Shown here piece by piece: positions 1 through 14,368 of a stretch of 64,000 nucleotides of DNA (position 1 is the stretch's first letter; each line of letters opens with the position of its first letter). The position numbers were made by a program, and so were the translations under genes. The notes under the pieces are model-generated. The model was not told where the DNA came from. It saw nothing but the letters and a program-made list of their open reading frames with translations, and did no database searches. The DNA comes from Squalus acanthias (Eukaryota), in contig CM059432.1 of assembly GCA_030390025.1 (NCBI GenBank), positions 135,534,001-135,598,000 of the forward strand, given 5' to 3'.

Positions 1-69
1 TTTTTGCCTCCTTTCCATGGGGAAAGTGACAAAGCATTACCCCCTAGCAAATTAGGCTTTTAGGACATT

Positions 70-400
70 CTTAATATATCAGTGGGCTGAAGTCTGACAA
101 ATGTGGCAAATCCCACCAGTGGGAACTTGAAAAGATCCAGTGGTGTAAAATTTCAGTGCTGTGGTGACTTGCACAGCAGTAGGCAGGACTGTCCCTGTAC
201 AAGATCTTGTCTCAAGGTCAAGCTCCAATAAGCAGCACAATTCTGGCACAGGTTCTCTTGAACAGCAGACAGAGATAGATCTCCAGAGACATGGCCAGGT
301 AGTTGCGCTAGGGTCTGAAAACATAGCTCCTGGGCATAGCAGGCACACTTGCCTTTCTTTCTTCTGCCTGAACTCCTTTTCCTTCTCTAAACTCATTGGC
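70..400 (-). pseudogene. PIF/Harbinger (HARBI1-like) transposase N-terminal fragment, degenerate
   Basis: ORF 79..402 contains ELCCLLELDLE...TVLPTAVQVTTALKFYTTGSFQVPTGGICHICQTSAH, matching the Harbinger transposase HTH region (V..ALNFYATGSFQ...GD...ISQ). Confidence 0.75.
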
Positions 401-1059
401 AAGGTTTAATGAAATACCTATGCTGAGCATTGCTGTTAGAGTAGAGGTTGGTAGCAACAATGTTGTAGCTGGAGGTCTGTGCAAAAGGTTCCCACCATCA
501 GCAGCAAAATGCAGAAAAAGATATTGCACAAGCCATAATGTAGTTGGAGCAGTATCGCCATCCAAAACCAGCAGCAAAAAAAAGTTACCTTCCAGAAACC
601 AGTCTCACTTTGGGAATGGATGCTCTGCAGTGAAAACAACTTATATGTATAAGTTTTGTTAGATTAGCTACCATTCTTTCAACCTCTACGCAAGACAGAC
701 TTGCATTTTATATAGCACTTTTCACGACCTCAGGCATCCCAAAGCGCTTTACAGCCAATGAAGTACATTAAATTAAAAACGACACCCGACACCCATTTAA
801 ATGGCAAGCTGCGCTGAGAGTGTGGACTGGTAAGATGGGAATTAATCATGGATATATTTTACATGCATTAATACATTTTGCCACTATATATGATGCTCTG
901 CTCCCAAATTCAGAGGGCAGCATCATCAATACTCTCACTGCATCCACACAGTGCAAGGAAACCAATACCAAACGCAGCTTTGGGGAATTGGCCCTTCAAT
1001 ATCCATTTGCGATAGAAAATCCACTTTCTCCAATTATTTGAATATCATCCAATTGTGCC

Positions 1060-2610
1060 ACAATCAACAGAGCAAAGCTCTATAAGCTCTACATCAAGTC
1101 AAGAATGGCAGTGGACAGCCAGGCAGCTGACAGGAGACAGCAGCTCCTGCACGAGTGCAAGAGAAAAGGCTGAAGTATTCACAAGTGTTGAGCAGATGAT
1201 CGTGCTCAGCCTCTTTAGGTTCCCATCATCATGGTTGCCAGTGTCGATTCAGTTCACTCCACATAACATTAATAAGTGGTTGAGTGTACTGGACTCAGCA
1301 AATCTATGGGTCCAGACAATATCCTAGCTATAGTGCTAAAACACAAGAGTGGGCTACTCCCCTAGCCAAGCTGTTCCAGTACAGCTAGGACACTGGCATC
1401 TACCCGACAATGTGAAAGATTGCCCAGGAATGTCTTATCCATACAAAACAGGATAAATGTAACCACTTACCACCCTCATCACCAGTAAAGTGATGGAAGG
1501 AGTCATCAATAGTGGCATCAAGCACACCTACTTATCAGTGCCCTGCTCACAGAAGCTCAGTTCAGATTCTGCCAGAACCACTCGGCTCCAGACCTCATCA
1601 CAGCCTTAAATCGAGACATTGATGCAAGAGCTGAATGCCAGAGGAGAGGAGAGAGTAGCTGCTCTCGACATCAAGGCACCATTCGACCGCATATTGCACG
1701 AAGGAGCCCTAGTAAAACTGAAGTCAATGGGAAATCCCTCCAGTGGGTGGAGTCATACATGACACAAAGGAAGATGGTTGTCAGAGGCCAGTCATCACAG
1801 CCCTAGCACATCCGTGCAGGAATGCCTCATGAAAGTGTCGTTGCTCCAACCACCATCAGCTGCTTTAACAACCTTCCTCGATCACGAGGTCAGGAGTGGG
1901 GCCATTCACTGACGATTCCTGTGTTCAGTGTTATGCACAACATATGATAATGAAGCAGCCGATCCAGACTTGGTGATATCCAACTCGAAGAGAAATATCA
2001 CCCATCTCCCTCTGACCTTCAAATGGCACCACCATCACCAAGCCCCACACCTTCATTTTGGGGGGTCACCATTGACCAGAAGTTGAACTGGACCAGCCAT
2101 ATCAATAACGTGGCTACAAGAGCAGGGCAGAAGCTGGGTACTCTGCAACAAGTGGCTTACCTCCTAACCTTGCAAAACCTCTCCACCATCTACAAGGCAC
2201 AAGTCAGGACTCTGAGAAAATACTCACCACTTATCTGGATGGGTGCTGTCCCAACAATCAAGAAGCTCCACTCCATCCAGGACAGAGCAGTTCATTCGAT
2301 TGGTGCCCCGAGACTGAATTCAAGAAACATCCCCCTCCAAAGTGAGGCTGCAGTACGTACAATCTACAGGATGCACTGCAGCTACCCACCAAGGTTAGTT
2401 CAACTGCAGCTCCCAGCCCCTGCAACCTCTACCAAGGAGACAGACAAAAGCAGCAATAGTGTGGGAACACCATCATCTTCAATTCACTCACCATCCTAGC
2501 TTGAACAAATAACACTATTCCTTCCCTGTTGCTGGGTTCAATATTATGGGATTCGCTACCCAACACCATTGTGGCCACACAAGAACTACAGGTGATTCAA
2601 GGAGACCCCC
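1060..2610 (+). mobile_element. Degenerate CR1-clade LINE (RT C-terminal half)
   Basis: GVTIDQKLNWTSHINNVATRAGQKLG...IYKAQVR motif in ORF 2023..2499; same family as 45550-46580; many indels. Confidence 0.8.
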
Positions 2611-3155
2611 CACTGCCTAAAGTGATGGATGCCTCTTCTGATGGGGGTGTGGTTCCCATCAGAAATCTACCCTACAACAGGTAATACATAAATAGATGAG
2701 ATTGGAGCACATTGGTTGGAAACATTTCATCAGCTGAGTACAGACCCAGCAGATGATGGTCTGCTATGACAACAAGTAGAACAGGGCTATAGGATCTGCA
2801 GATAATAGTATGCCTGTACGATGGATCCACGATAAAACACCTTTGGATTAGAGAATTTGTACGGTGAAAGGTAGATGATACCTTTTGGAAAGGAGTTCAG
2901 ACATAAATTAAACTTCACGTGTTCCAGCACTGCTACAGCATGTTCAAGTGCACTTTCTCAAACCATATGGATAGATGTGTAGCCTTGAATGCTTCAGAGA
3001 GGTAGCAACTACTGACTGATAGGTTGGTGTCATAAGAGTCTGGTCACTCAGGAGAATACATGACACTAGACTAAAAACATTGGGCTGGTGACCACAGTAG
3101 GGCTTGACCAGAGTTGGTTAGATCGAGGTAGGCTGCAAGTCAAAATGACTTCAGT

Positions 3156-5105
3156 AGAACATAAGAATTAGGAGCAGGAGTACGCCATACGACCCCTCGA
3201 GCCTGATCTTCGACCTCAATTCCACTTTCTCGCCCGATCCCCATATTCCTCGATTCCAAAAATCAATCTATCTATCTCAGCAATGAATATACTCAATGAT
3301 TCAGCACCCAAAGCACTTTGGGGTAGAGCATTCCAAAGATTCACAATCCTCTGAGTAAAGAAATTCCTCCTCATCTCAGTCTTAAATGGCTGACCCCTTA
3401 CCCTGAGACTATGCCCCCTAGTTCTAGCCTCTCCTGCCAGGGGAAACAGTCTCTCAGCATCTACCCGGTCAAACCCCCTCAGAATATTACATGTTTCAAT
3501 GAGGTCACCTCTCATTCTTCTAAACTCCAGAGAGTATAGGCCCATTCTACTCAATCTCTCCTCCTAGGACAACCCTCTCATCCCAGGAATCAATCTAGTG
3601 AACCTCCATTGCAAATATATCCTTCCTCAGATAAGGAGATCAAAACTGTGCACAGTACTCCAGGTATGGGCTCACCAAAGCCCTGTACAATTGTAGCAAT
3701 ACTTCCTTACTCTTGTACTCCAACCCCCTTGTAATAAAAGCCAACATGCCAATTCCCTTCCTAACTGCTTGCTGTACTTGCATGCTAACTGTTTCCTGTA
3801 TGAGGACACCTAAATCTCTGAATGCCAACATTTAATAGTTTCTCACCATTTAAAAATATTCTGTTTTCCATTCTTCCTACCAAAGTGAATAACCTCACAT
3901 TTCCCCACATTATACTCCATCGGCCACCTTACTGCCCACTCAATTAACCTGTCTATATCACTTCGCAGGCTCCGTGTTCTCCTCACAGCTTACTTTCCCA
4001 TCTAGCTTTGTATCTTCACCAAACTTGGATACATTACACTCAGTCCCTTCATCCAAGTGATTAATATAGACTGTAAATACCTGAGGCTTTTCCTTGCGGC
4101 ACCCCACTACTTAGCCTGCCAACTTGAAAATCACCCGTTTATCCCTACTCTGTTTTCTGTCCGTTAACCAATTCTCTATCCAGGAGCCCTCATCTTGCAT
4201 AGCAACCTTTTAAGTGGCACCTTATCAAATGCCTTTTGGAAATCCAAATATACTACATCCACTGGTTCCCCTTTATCTACCCTGCAGGAAACTTTTGTTT
4301 ATCCGGCACCCAAATACCCGGAATTCTCGCTTAACCGGCAAAAATCATCCTCCGAAAACTCCTCTCAAATAACCGGCAATGTTGCCGAGTCGCAGTCGAG
4401 TCTCCGCGAACGCCGAGTACTCCGAAAACTCCTCTCAAATAACCGGCAATGTTGCCGATCCAGAGTCCGAGTCCGCGAACACCGATTTAGTCAGTAGGGG
4501 TAGTTTTCAAAAGTGCCACTACTCGGCCTCCTGGCGCTGTCGGAAGTATACTGCACATTTCTTGATTCATTTATTTTTCTTTGTTAAAAATAGCCTCGGT
4601 AGATATAACTCTCCGTTATCCGGTACTTTCGATAAACCGGCACCACACCGGTGCCGGTTAATAAAGAGTTTCCTGTAGTTACATCCTCAAAAAACTAATA
4701 AATTTGTTAAACACGATTTCCCTTTCATAGAAAATCACTGATCAGGCAGAAGTTTTAAGTGCCCTGTTACCACTTCCTTAATAACAGATTCCAGCATTTT
4801 CCTGACAACTGATGTCAGGCTAACTGGCCTGTAGTTCCCGGTTTTCTCTCCCTCCTTGCTTGAATAGTGGGGTTACATTTGCTACCTTCCAATCCACTGG
4901 GACCGTTCTAGAATCTAGGGAATTTTGGAAGAATACAACCAATGCAGCCACCTCTTAGAACCCTAGGATGTAGGCCATCAGGTCCAGGGGATTTGTCAGC
5001 TTTTAGTCCCATTAGTTTCTCAAGTACTTTTTCCTCTACTGATATTAATTACTTTAAGTTCCTCACTCTCATTAGCCCCTTGGTTCTCCACTATTTTTGG
5101 TATGC
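3156..5105 (-). mobile_element. CR1 LINE, 5'-truncated, interrupted by a MITE
   Basis: LEFRRMRGDLIET / LYRALV.P.LEYCAQF RT C-terminal motifs; CR1 3' end near 3160. Confidence 0.9.
4285..4675. mobile_element. Tigger/pogo-type non-autonomous MITE
   Basis: TIRs CAGGAAACTTTT...AAAGAGTTTCCTG, TA on the right side, repeated subterminal (T)AACCGGCA motifs and an internal 70-bp-period duplication (4351/4421). Splits the CR1 sequence. Confidence 0.8.
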
Positions 5106-7164
5106 AAATGACATAAGAACTTTGCATGCATAAATTGCAAAATGAAGTAGTTTTCCTGATGGGAGCGTAAACAGCAGCAACCTGCACCCACAATAAAGCA
5201 CACACCGCAGAACAGGGCTGTAAATACAGACTGCCTGACTGTCAGGCTATTAATTCCTTAAAAGGGGCATTCCCTGCTTATTCTCCCTTTTATGCCGGTC
5301 AGATGACAACAAATCTCTGCTTTCAATAACATTTTATTTACAACCAGATAACACTAGTTTTCCAGTCACATTCAATTTATGAAAAATGATGCTTGAAATT
5401 AGTCATAATAGCGTTAGTTCAAGAGTAGATTCTGCTGCCATTTATTTTACATTACTGTCACTGTTCCTAAAATCCCATTTTTTTTCCCCCCTATAGATCT
5501 GTTTATTTTGTATCCTTTATTACTTTTTATTGCCAAGTTCCAGTTACTGACATTTCACACAAAAATTTCATGCACACCTACATTTTACCACCATTGTCTT
5601 GACTCACTTGTCAGATGGAAGTGTTTCCAGATCCCACTAAATGGACACACTGTAATCATAATCTCCATTAGTCGTCACTGCAGAAAGCAACTGATCTTAT
5701 TCCTAAAGCCTTCATTCTTGAATGTTTCAATGTTATTGTAACTTTACCCTTGGGTTTTGTCAGATAAAAGCGAATGACAATATTATATGAATGTTATCTA
5801 TGAAGAGAGAATGAAATTATAGGTTTTAAAATTCTGAAACAATTAGTAAAAACTATTGGTTTGTAACTCAGTTGAATATCATTTTTTCTCCGAAATATTC
5901 AAGAAATGTCTTGACAAAAAAGTGTTTCATGGTTCTATGTATGTAAATATATTTTTTTTAGCATAACAATCTTGTACTATCTTGAAACTGCAAAAGAAAT
6001 GCAGTGGTCAAACACTAGCAAAAAGGCTGCGCAAATAAGGACACTTAAATGTATGCTCTGTTGTCCCTGTATCTTTAAATTCTCATTGTAAGCAGAGAAT
6101 AAAGTCATTAATTCTTCAGCCACTGCCTCAGTATATTAGGTTCTAATTGCTCAATGAAGCATGATTGAGAATAGTTTTTGTGGTACTGCAACCCATTACT
6201 GTAATGCTCTTTTGATATACCACGACCTTGGATATAGCACAATTTAGACAGGGAAATTGTACACCACTTATGATACTGTCAACTCTTGAGTTTTTTTTTA
6301 AGTATCAGCAAAGAAAACTAGTGCGCTAATGCACTAAGCATGCAAATTACACCTCATTGAATCCTCATTTTAATTACAATAGGCAACATGATCGGGTTTA
6401 TATCAAGTACTGTACATGAAAACCAATATCAGAGATATAATCTGCTGAGAAGATAATGTGTATTATAACAAATCTCCTCTATACAACTGTAAATTTAATA
6501 AATTAAAAAGGCTGAACACAAATTGGTAGGGTGCCAGCCTACTAGCCAGAAGGTTGCAAGTTTGAGTTCCACAGCCTGCCTGTCACAAATCTAACTGCCT
6601 CATTTGGGTGAGGTTCATTCATTTTCAGCCAGACTGCTACATAAAGTGCTATATAAAAAGCATGGTATTTCAAGTCCTACTTAAATTGCACCTCCCCGCT
6701 ACAGGGTTTGTGGTCACCTAACAGAGAGGACAAGTATCGAGAAGATGCGCTTGAATGGGTTAAACTGAGAGTAAAAGCAAGTTACTTTAACAAAATAGAA
6801 CCCTACTCCAACTTTAAATTCTTCTCAAAAGGTGCTGGATTGGGATGAGTGGGCAGGGGGTGGGGAAATCGGATTGCTTGGCTGCTTAATAATAAAAATG
6901 GCCAACAACCATTCAACCTTTCTGAACTGAATTTAGGCCATTTCCATTTGGAGCACATTTGATCCAAGCACCACAGCAAGTGTAATTTGTGACCACTAAT
7001 GGGTGTACTTACACCACAGTTGTAGCGTTGGCACGAAGTGTGTTCATTTTGCAGCACGCAGCAGTTAAAGTGCAAATATAGCCTGAATCTGGAGTCATGC
7101 AAGACCTAGAAAATAAACTCTGGATCCAATTTGTACGATACAAGTTTAAAACTAGTTCAAAGCC

Positions 7165-7350
7165 GAAATAACTCCCCTGCTTTTCTTCAAAATATAGTGC
7201 CATGGCATCTTTTACATCCACCTCATCCGAAAGACGGCACCTCCGACAGTGCAGCACTCCCTCAGTACTGCACTGGGAGAGTCAGCCTAGATTTTTGTGC
7301 TTATGTCTCTGGAGTGGGACTTGAACCCACAACCTTCAGACTCGGAGGCA
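7165..7350 (-). mobile_element. Partial Deu-domain tRNA SINE (SacSINE1-like)
   Basis: Reverse complement of the head/central part of the SINE at 30628. Confidence 0.75.
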
Positions 7351-8431
7351 TGTAATGGAGGGGTAATTTTCCAACTTTGTGCCACTGCTGAGGCTTTGCG
7401 CCAGCAGGGCAGTCAGAAATTACTCCAGAAGTTAAACAGCTCTAATTATTTAGCAGCATATGCCTTCATTTACTTCTGAATGCATCCTGGCAGCATCAAC
7501 CTATATTATTCAGCAAAACTCCAAAAAAAAAAATCTGCAAACTGGCAGACACCATTGAAATTTCCCTTTATATTCTAACTCTGCTACTGGCAGCAACCCC
7601 AACTTGAGCCGCACTGTTGCAATATACACAAGATGGCAGGCGTTCTTCTGGCTGCACGCAGTGCCGCCTCTAAAGCTGGCTCTCCTGTGCTACCAGCTTT
7701 TCCAATATCACAGGAGACACAAGTCAATACAGCCAAGCTACAGCATTTCTGATTTTAAAAGTAATACGGCAAGCCTTAGAAGTTTTGCTGTCCATCTCTA
7801 ATCTCATTCTTTTCCTGTTGGAACAGTTGTTCAGTGAATAAAATAATTGTTTACAAGTGAAATGCAAATAGACAGAGAGATTCTGTTTCCGCTCCGAACC
7901 ACCACCCAAGTGCTGTATTCTACATTTTCTTCTTCATGGGATCTGCGATTCCAGACCTCCAGAGCCATTTCTAGACCCAATCCATGAGAAAGCCACAGGA
8001 GATGTACTTCCGTAGAGCCGGAATGACCCGCAACAGTGCCCTGCACTAGAACATACTTTCAGTGCCCAGAATTTCTGAAAACCAGCTTACCTTCTCCACG
8101 CCATCCACCTAAACTTATACTGCTCAATTAGGTGTCAAGTCGTCTCTCACCAAGGTATGACAATCTGACAAACTCGAGATATATACAACTACAGTACCTT
8201 GGTAGTCAAAATGTTTTGAGCATTGCATAGGTATAGCAAAAATACAAAAATGCAAAATGTGATAAATTAAGCAGTGTCATTGGCTAACGCAGGTCATTTG
8301 TGAACCCGATACAAATTTAAAAAGAGTGTACAGGCAAATTACTTATTGCATATGTACGGTTTGCAAATCCAAAATAAACTGATGCAGCCAAACTGACTAA
8401 AGTCCACCTCAAGTTTCTGTACTTTCTATCC

Positions 8432-8825
8432 AACAACAACTTCTTGCATTTGTATAGCGCCTTTAACATTGTAAAATATCCCAAGGCACCTCACAGGAGC
8501 GTATCAAACAAAATGTGACAGCAAGCTACATGAGGAGATATAGGGCAGATGACCAAAAGCTTGGTCAAAGAGGTAAGTTTTAAGGAGAGTCTTAAAAGGA
8601 GGCAAGAGAGGTAGAGGCACTTAGGTAGGGAATTCCAGAGCTTAGGCCTAGACAGCTGAAGGCACGGCCGCTAATGGTTGGAAGTGGGGTGAACAAGAGG
8701 CCAGAGTTGGAGGAACGCAGAGTCTTTGGACGGTTGTAGGGCTCGAGGCGGTTAGAGATCGGGAGGAGCAATGCCATGGAGGATTTTGAACACGAGGATG
8801 AGTATTTTAAAATGAAGACGTCATC
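8432..8825 (-). mobile_element. L2 LINE 3' fragment
   Basis: LRSSNSGLL...GRAFS L2 C-terminal motif and (CAA)n-type tail, shared with the copies at 32004 and 46670. Confidence 0.75.
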
Positions 8826-8933
8826 ATGTACACTCCTTTTCTTGGCTGCATCCACTCTGCATTAAAACTAAGATTCATCACAGTCTATTATAACTCATTC
8901 TTTCCCAAGATCTCAGACTGTAGAATTTCAGGC

Positions 8934-9392
8934 TCAGCCACGGCTCAGTTGGTAGCACTCTCACCTCGGAGTCAGAAGGTTGTGGGTTTAAGTCCCACGC
9001 GAGACTGGAGCACAAAAAAAAAAAAAAAAAAATTCTCGGCCGACACTCCAGTGTAGTACTGACTGAGGGAGTGCTGCTGTGTTTCAGATGAGAGGTTAAA
9101 CCGAGGCTCCGCCTGCTCGCTCAGGTGGACGTAAAAGATCCCATGGTACTATATTGAAGAGGAGGAGCAGGGGAATTATCCCCAGTGTCCTAGCCAATAT
9201 TAATCCCTCAAATCAACATTAAAACAGATTTTCTGGTCATTATTACATGGCTGTTTGTGGGAGCTTGCTGTGTGCAGATTGGCTGCCACGTTTCCTACCT
9301 TACAACAGTCACTACATTTTAAAAGTACTTCATTGGCTGTAAAACACTTTGGGACGTCCAGAGGTCATAAATGGCGCTATATAAATGCAAGT
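8934..9392 (+). mobile_element. Deu-domain tRNA SINE (SacSINE1-like)
   Basis: tRNA-like A/B boxes (GGCTCAGTTGGTAG ... GGTTTAAGTCC), Deu-like core GATCCCATGG...GTGTCCTAGCCAA, L2-like tail GCGCTATATAAATGCAAGT. Confidence 0.85.
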
Positions 9393-12300
9393 TTTTTTTT
9401 TAATTTTTTTAATTTCAAGTGTGATAGCATTAACTGCTTCATTTGCCTTGCCTTCTCTTTTTACTCTTAGTGTCCTAGATTAAAAGCTTTGGCCTTTCAC
9501 CTTGGTTTCTCAAAAAAAAATTGACAGCAAACCAAATACTAGTCTGGTTTAATGATACCATATGCAGCTTGTTTCCAACTAAAATTGAGGACTGGTATAG
9601 CCATTCCTACAGTAGTTAACATAGTATTAGGCCCTTGGCCCATGAAAAGCTTAAGTTGTCGGACTGGGCTGCTTCAGCCAGCGGTCCCCGTGGATCATGA
9701 AAGGAGCACTGCATATGCACTCAAATGAGTCCAACAGCTGAACTAAGGCTATGAATTAAATACTCAGCCCTCGAGCTACAGTAGCACTAAACTCAAGAAC
9801 CTCAAACTTGTCTTCAATAATTCTGGAAGATTTACAGAATCCTTTATAGAAAAACAAAAGCAATATTCAAGGACAGAAACAGTAACCAGAATCTAGTGCC
9901 TTTACCTTACTGCACTACAACTGATGGCAACCTCAACATCATTGCAGTGACACGGTTACCCCCCCAGAGAGCATGGGCGTCACAGACAAAAGGCCTCATG
10001 TACCTTCACCAGCTATTGAAAATACATTACAGCAAAATGGATAGTCACAAAGAACTCTGCACGAGTAAGTGCATCTTCTTGTTGTTTCTACATCACTTGG
10101 TGATACAAAACTGGATGTTAAAGCATCATTGTTTCTGCAGAATCACAACTGGTCAGTGGAAGGGTTAACTGAGTTTAGCAGTGATGACAAAACTGTGCTT
10201 TTTCCATAATACTTTATACAGATCAGTGTTTTACAGGCTTCTATATAACAAAAGGTACTAATAATTGTTTGAGGGCACACAGGCCACCTCATTGACCAGA
10301 TTAATCCACGCATTAGATCTTCTCCTTCACTTCATATGGAAATAACATTCGATGGTACCATTTCCATATGGACAAAGTGTTTTTGATAACTAGGTAGATG
10401 AAAATCTCATGACAGAGAAATCAATCCATCTTGAAGCCCCTAGAGTACAGATCTATATGTACTATGTATTGCTAATTTCACAAGCTTTAATGGAATTCCA
10501 GCTGAGTTAGTGAAAAAACACTGACTGCGCATAATACCGTATAATCGAAAAACAATGAATTGTTGTTGATGATGTTGCTGAGTGCAATGAAGGACCATTT
10601 CAGAATACATAACTGTTAAGAACAGAACAAGGAATGAAGAGAGTTCTTTTAAGGTTGTGTGATAAACAGACAAAAAAGGTCACAAGTTGACTGAATAGTA
10701 TTTTGACAAATCTTTCTTCAGTTACGAACATGGAAATAACATTCCCACTGATCTATAAAGTAGTACACTTCTGTTTCAAAAAACTGAGTGGAAGAGCTAG
10801 CAAAAGTACATATTCCTCAGTCACCTCTGGAGACCAAGGTTCATTCGCAATCTACAAATGGAAATGAATGCTGCTCCTCACTGCAGACGTTTACAGGATC
10901 ACAGCAGGTAAAATAAATTCCATCAGATTCACCCTAGTGCCTACTGGAGAGAACCCACAACACAAGCAAAGAACAAATATATCAAGTAATTCAGCAATGT
11001 TGAGAGTATGCTTCACACATTAGTGCATATCAGTGGTCTAAATGGGATATTTTGTTCCAGCAACAATCATAAATACCATACCCATGCTTTGTCACTCCTT
11101 TTTCTTCCGATGAAAACGAACATCTGAAAACCGGGCTCGAATTTAAGTTGCTGAATGCAGTGTAATGTACAAGATGGACTACACGTATATAATTTCACAT
11201 CGCAAATGTCTGGTATTCCTGGAGTCAGGAACATGTGGCAGTGAGATTTGTTCATCACCTCCAAAAGAATAGCACCCCAGCCACTTTTCTTGGTAAGCCC
11301 AGAAAAGGAAAAAGACCTCCTGAAAAATGTTGCATCTTTTATTCAGCTATAGAAATTATGATTTTTCTATGAGTGTCAAATTTGAAAGATTACAATAAGT
11401 TCAAATAATAGGAAAGTTTGGGGGCGGGGGCGGGGGGGGGGGGGGGGAGGCGGGAAGAGAAAGAAGCAGTTTTATGGGAAAAACAGTCTTGATTTTTTGT
11501 GATTCAACTTTTCTCAATATAATTGCGTTTTAAAAGGAGTTTTTTTTTTAAGCACCAGAGAAAAACGGCAGAAATTGAAATTCTAAAATAAGCATACTGC
11601 AAGTTTTTCCCCTAATCTTGACTACATAAAAGCTGGATTGATCGTTTGAATGGCTAATGTACCTGCCATCTGTGCTTTAATATAAATATGCTTGAAAGTC
11701 AAAGCAAAAAAAGCACAATTCTGCAAAATAATCCCGTGACTCCTTGATTAATATGCTAGTTTTAACTTTACAACAGATTACTATCCAGGTTTGAAAAATT
11801 AATGTTTTTATTGGCATGCCCTGTAGTGTTTCCTTGTGTGCCAACATCTGATTAATGCATAATTTGTATTAAAAGGTTGCTTTTACTACTGAAAGACCAT
11901 TTGGTATAGAACACCTTCAAGCGATTTGGAAGGTTGAATATATTTTTTGACATATAAAAATAAACTGAAAGATTTAACAAACTCCTGGTTCTTATTCAGA
12001 GCAATGGAGACCGACAATGGAATGATGCAGATGTGACTTATGAAAGTACAGCATGGAAGCACTACAATTCTGATCCTACTAGAAACATGGATTTAGTGGT
12101 CTAGTGGAGACGACCAAAGCCTAGGACTATGGCATTCAAAGAAACCCACGATCCTCAACACAACCTCCAAGTTAGGTAATACAAGGTACAGGTTACACCT
12201 CAACACCTGCTTCTTGGTTTCCCATGAAATCTTTCCTAACTAATAAGCTGGCCATAACACAAGTCCACTTGGAAGGTGACAAGAGGACTGGCTGCAGCTG

Positions 12301-12841
12301 AGGTTCCTGCAGTGATTAAATAGCTGACCTAGCCTCACCATCTATGGAAAGTACAGGAGAAAACTGGGGTGAAAAAAAAACATTGCGCATTGTCAAATTA
12401 GAATGTGCTTTATTGATTTGCAGTTGCCCATTGAATCTGATTTTAAGTTTATTTTCTAGACGTTTCCTAAGAGGAAAGCATCTGCTTCTTAGTTCACCAC
12501 TTTATAATCAATTATCCAGCCATAACACAAGTCCACTTGCTAGGTTATTAGAGGACCCGCAACTTGTTAAGTCAGGATTGGCCTCAAAGGAAGAGTCCTT
12601 CAGTGGTCAAATTGTTATTTGAATAATCTAAATATCAGTTCTATTATTGCGAGAATTTGAAAGGAAGCTAGTGGCGAGAGGATTTTTTTGCATCTTAACA
12701 ACTTTGATATTAGAAAACATCCTCCTCTTAGAAATCTGATTCAATGGACTTCAATAAATAAAGCATATTCTAATTTATCAATGCATGAAGTTAAAAAAAG
12801 CAAAATAATGCAGAAGCTGGAAACCTCAAAGAAGAACACAA

Positions 12842-12992
12842 AATGCTGGAAATACTCAGCAGGTCAGGCAGCATCTGTGGAAGAGAGAAACAGAGTTAAC
12901 GTTTCAGGTCGATGATGAAGGGTCATCGACCTGAAACGTTAACTCTGTTTCTCTCTCCACAGATGCTGCCTGACCTGAGTATTTCCAGCATT
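12842..12992. mobile_element. Fold-back Penelope-like terminal fragment (~70-bp inverted arms) with a partial hammerhead core
   Basis: Arms 12842-12915 and 12923-12992 are near-perfect reverse complements; sequence matches the PLE termini at 20983 and 26767. Confidence 0.85.
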
Positions 12993-14368
12993 GTGCTTTT
13001 AATGCATTAAGTTGTTTTTTTTAAATCACCAATTTCCTCCCATACTTTCCACAGGTGCTTGCCCACACCTCAGCCAAGTGGTCATTGTCCATGTGTGAGC
13101 CCAGGTAGCATCGGCAGGCTATCTGACCAATGAAGGAATCCCATTTGAGCCCAATCCTGACTTCACACAATGCATTAATAGTTTGTGTCCAGCAAGGCAC
13201 ATTGGATAGTGATGAGCAGTGAGAAGCCAAACCAATTTTTCCCCTCCCTAACCTAGTGACATCAAGATCAATTATAGTACTCCAACCAATGCCACAACCG
13301 ATAACAGCTGACTCAGGAAATAAAGGGGCTCTTTTATGCTGTGTATGGTTCAGCTACTCACTGGACCAAAAGGTGCTCAAGTAGGTTAATTTTAATTCCA
13401 TCCGAAATATTACAAATGTTAAATGTTTTAAGAGTTTGGTCCATATTATTCCCACGGTTAACAGATCCACAGATCACATCCAATACTGTAATAAAGCCTC
13501 CAAGATGGAGCACTGGCTCCACAAAGAATACTGTTTGGAACAGATTGCCAAATTTCTGAAACATGTAAATCTCATCGGTTTTAAGTTAACAACACTGACA
13601 ATTATTTTATCAATAGCTACAGCATTATCTTACAAAATCAAACCAAACTATATAATTTCATGTTGAAACACCATACAAAAAAGTGTGTAATTAAGAACAC
13701 AGGTTAATATCAGTGTGTCAATGCGCTCCAAGAAAGCGGTGGGATATGGGTTGAGCTCTATATTTTCCAACAAGAAAAGTTCCCAATTCAACTGAACTGC
13801 ATTGTGGAGCAGAGGCAAGGCACTTTCCTCAGAGCAAAATTGTATGACAAGTCAACCCAGAGTGTTCTCATACATCTCCAACCTGTTATATAAAGCAGTT
13901 TTTGCAGGAGGCAGAGTAGGTTTTTTGCCCACAGGATTAGCAAATAGCAGGTTGGCAGGACATGATAATTTGGGTGGGTGGGGAGTGGGGGGGGGGGGGG
14001 GGGGGGGGGGGGGAAAGAGAGAAAAAAAGAGGGGAGAGGAATGTAAAAATTTGGGGACATGCAACACATCACATTTGCTTGTAAATTCACAAGCTGCTTG
14101 AACACGATTTGATGAAAGGTACATATTCAGAAGATATACAGGAAGCAGCATGTTTTCAACTAATTTAGGCCTGGTTGGCCAACAAGTACCCAAACCCAGC
14201 TACAGGATAGACAACAGTGAACTGCTGTTACAATCTTGATTACTTGTTAAAGGAAATGAACATTCAACTTATTCCCAAAAATGCAAACTTTCCTTAAAGG
14301 AAAGCAAAAAAGAAAAGCATTGCATTCCACCCATCAAGACAGCAGCTTCAGAGTTTGGAGAATATAAT

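Noticed and set aside
7724..8090. Possible ATP9B exon 3 or other exon
   Set aside because: Translations do not resemble the expected CC.WL...ELKARTVWLG...NQKYN segment. I found no exon 3 by eye in 1-23564, so it probably lies beyond the window start, though I may have missed it.
12251..12539. 21-bp direct repeat GCCATAACACAAGTCCACTTG (12251 and 12519), and a 36-bp tandem duplication at ~52697-52760
   Set aside because: Real but isolated small duplications with no associated element structure I can support.
13980..14013. Long G/C homopolymers (also ~11420, 28186, 38825, 40577, 45000) as functional G-quadruplexes
   Set aside because: Simple mononucleotide tracts whose lengths are error-prone; no supporting context.
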